NCBI GenBank assembly: GCA_002269645.1
Contig: NIVC01000386.1
Coordinates: forward strand, 575,186-639,185
Origin: Macrostomum lignano
Taxonomy: Eukaryota
Direction of reading: 5' to 3'
DNA: 64,000 nucleotides
Shown here: positions 62,845-64,000 of the stretch, piece by piece
Layout: every line of letters begins with the position of its first letter
How positions within the stretch are numbered: position 1 is the stretch's first letter
Position numbers and translations under genes: made by a program
The notes under the pieces: model-generated
What the model saw: the letters and a program-made list of their open reading frames with translations, nothing else
Told to the model about the DNA's origin: nothing
Databases searched by the model: none

Positions 62845-63351
62845 GACGGTTTCCCTGCCCGCTGATTTGCTGACTTGCTGACCTTAACTGTCCGGCCACC
62901 AGTTTGCAATCCACGGCATTGGTATAATGCGCGAGTTGGAATCTGAATATGATTATAAATGCACCTTGGCACCGTATCAAATGCTTCAAGCAGTACACTC
63001 TGTGACTCTCTGTGTTGTCAGTCTAGCAACTCTTCTGTTAGTTGAAATAGGCTTTGCTATCTTAAAGATTAACCGTTTGTACTTTTGGGGTGTCGCGATT
63101 CCTCTCTGCCCCCCCCCAATTAACTAAGACTCAAAGCACATTTGCCCCATTGGTTAGAGAGAAATCGAAACCACAAGACTAATAAATAAACGGCCTCAGA
63201 AAACCCAGTTTTTAACAGCACAGCTGAGTTGCGCTTTGATATTTTTGTATTTTCTGGTGGCTCATAACAACTACCACCATTAGTAAGCATGGTCACCGAC
63301 CACAAGCAGTGTGAGGCGAATTGGCACGGCTTCCACTTTGTACTTCTAAGG

Positions 63352-63805
63352 GCATGATCTGATTTGACGGTTGCATGATCTGATTTGACGGTTGCATGAT
63401 CTGATTTGATGGTTGCATGATCTGATTTGATGGTGCATGATCTGATTTGATGGTTGCATGATCTGATTTGATGGTTGCATGGTCTGATTTGATGGTTGCA
63501 TGGTCTGATTTGACGGTTGCATGATCTGATTTGATGTTGCATGATCTGATTTGATGGTTGCATGTCTGATTTGACGGTTGCATGATCTGATTTGATGGTT
63601 GCATGATCTGATTTGATGGTTGCATGATCTGATTTGATGGTGCATGATCTGATTTGATGGTTGCATGATCTGATTTGATGGTTGCATGATCTGATTTGAT
63701 GGGCATGATCTGATTTGATGGTTGCATGATCTGATTTGATGGTTGCATGATCTGATTTGATGGTGCATGATCTGATTTGACGTTGCATGATCTGATTTGA
63801 TGGCT
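63352..63805. repeat. 20-21-bp minisatellite
   Basis: Unit GCATGATCTGATTTGATGGTT. Confidence 0.95.
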
Positions 63806-64000
63806 CATCACAAGTGATGCATTGTGGGCGATCTCCAAAAGCATTGTGTGAGAGAGTCAGGCTGATTTGGGTACACACGAACTTAGACTAAGTTGGCCTT
63901 CCGACTGGTATTTTACTTATATATTCATTTAGCTGCGACAAATCAATATCGGCAAACAGATGTACATGGCAGATGTACATATCTGCAAACCAACTATCCA

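Overview
Eukaryotic (metazoan) genomic DNA. GC-rich exons with GT-AG introns, many introns filled by locus-specific minisatellites, and AT-rich intergenic tracts. This architecture resembles a free-living flatworm such as Macrostomum, which is an inference and not provable from the window. Genes reconstructed by hand with phase-consistent splice sites: a SUEL-lectin single-pass membrane protein (+), a secreted WSC-PAN protein (-), a casein kinase I gamma-like kinase (-), an 11-exon Reeler-DOMON-cytochrome b561 ferric-chelate reductase (FRRS1-like, -), ING4/5 (-), DPM3 (-), a claudin-like 4-TM protein (-) and an orphan 7-TM receptor (+). Also present: a GDA1/CD39 NTPDase interrupted by one in-frame TAA, and two partly resolved minus-strand genes. 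Mobile DNA: a very young Mag-type Ty3/Gypsy element (235-bp LTRs identical by eye, 5-bp TSD, (GQSA)n integrase tail) inside an FRRS1 intron, a 5'-truncated RNase H-bearing LINE with an 11-bp TSD, a near full-length frameshifted RTE LINE whose 5' end carries an HDV-like ribozyme core, a tRNA-derived CORE-like SINE, and a degenerate foldback element. Most long ORFs in the supplied track are artefacts of tandem repeats. No CRISPR array, rRNA or intact tRNA was found. I did not find a clearly new multi-gene system. The strongest leads are the HDV-like ribozyme, the repeat-expanded young retrotransposon, the exon/donor-derived repeat, the interrupted NTPDase and the sharp CpG mosaic.
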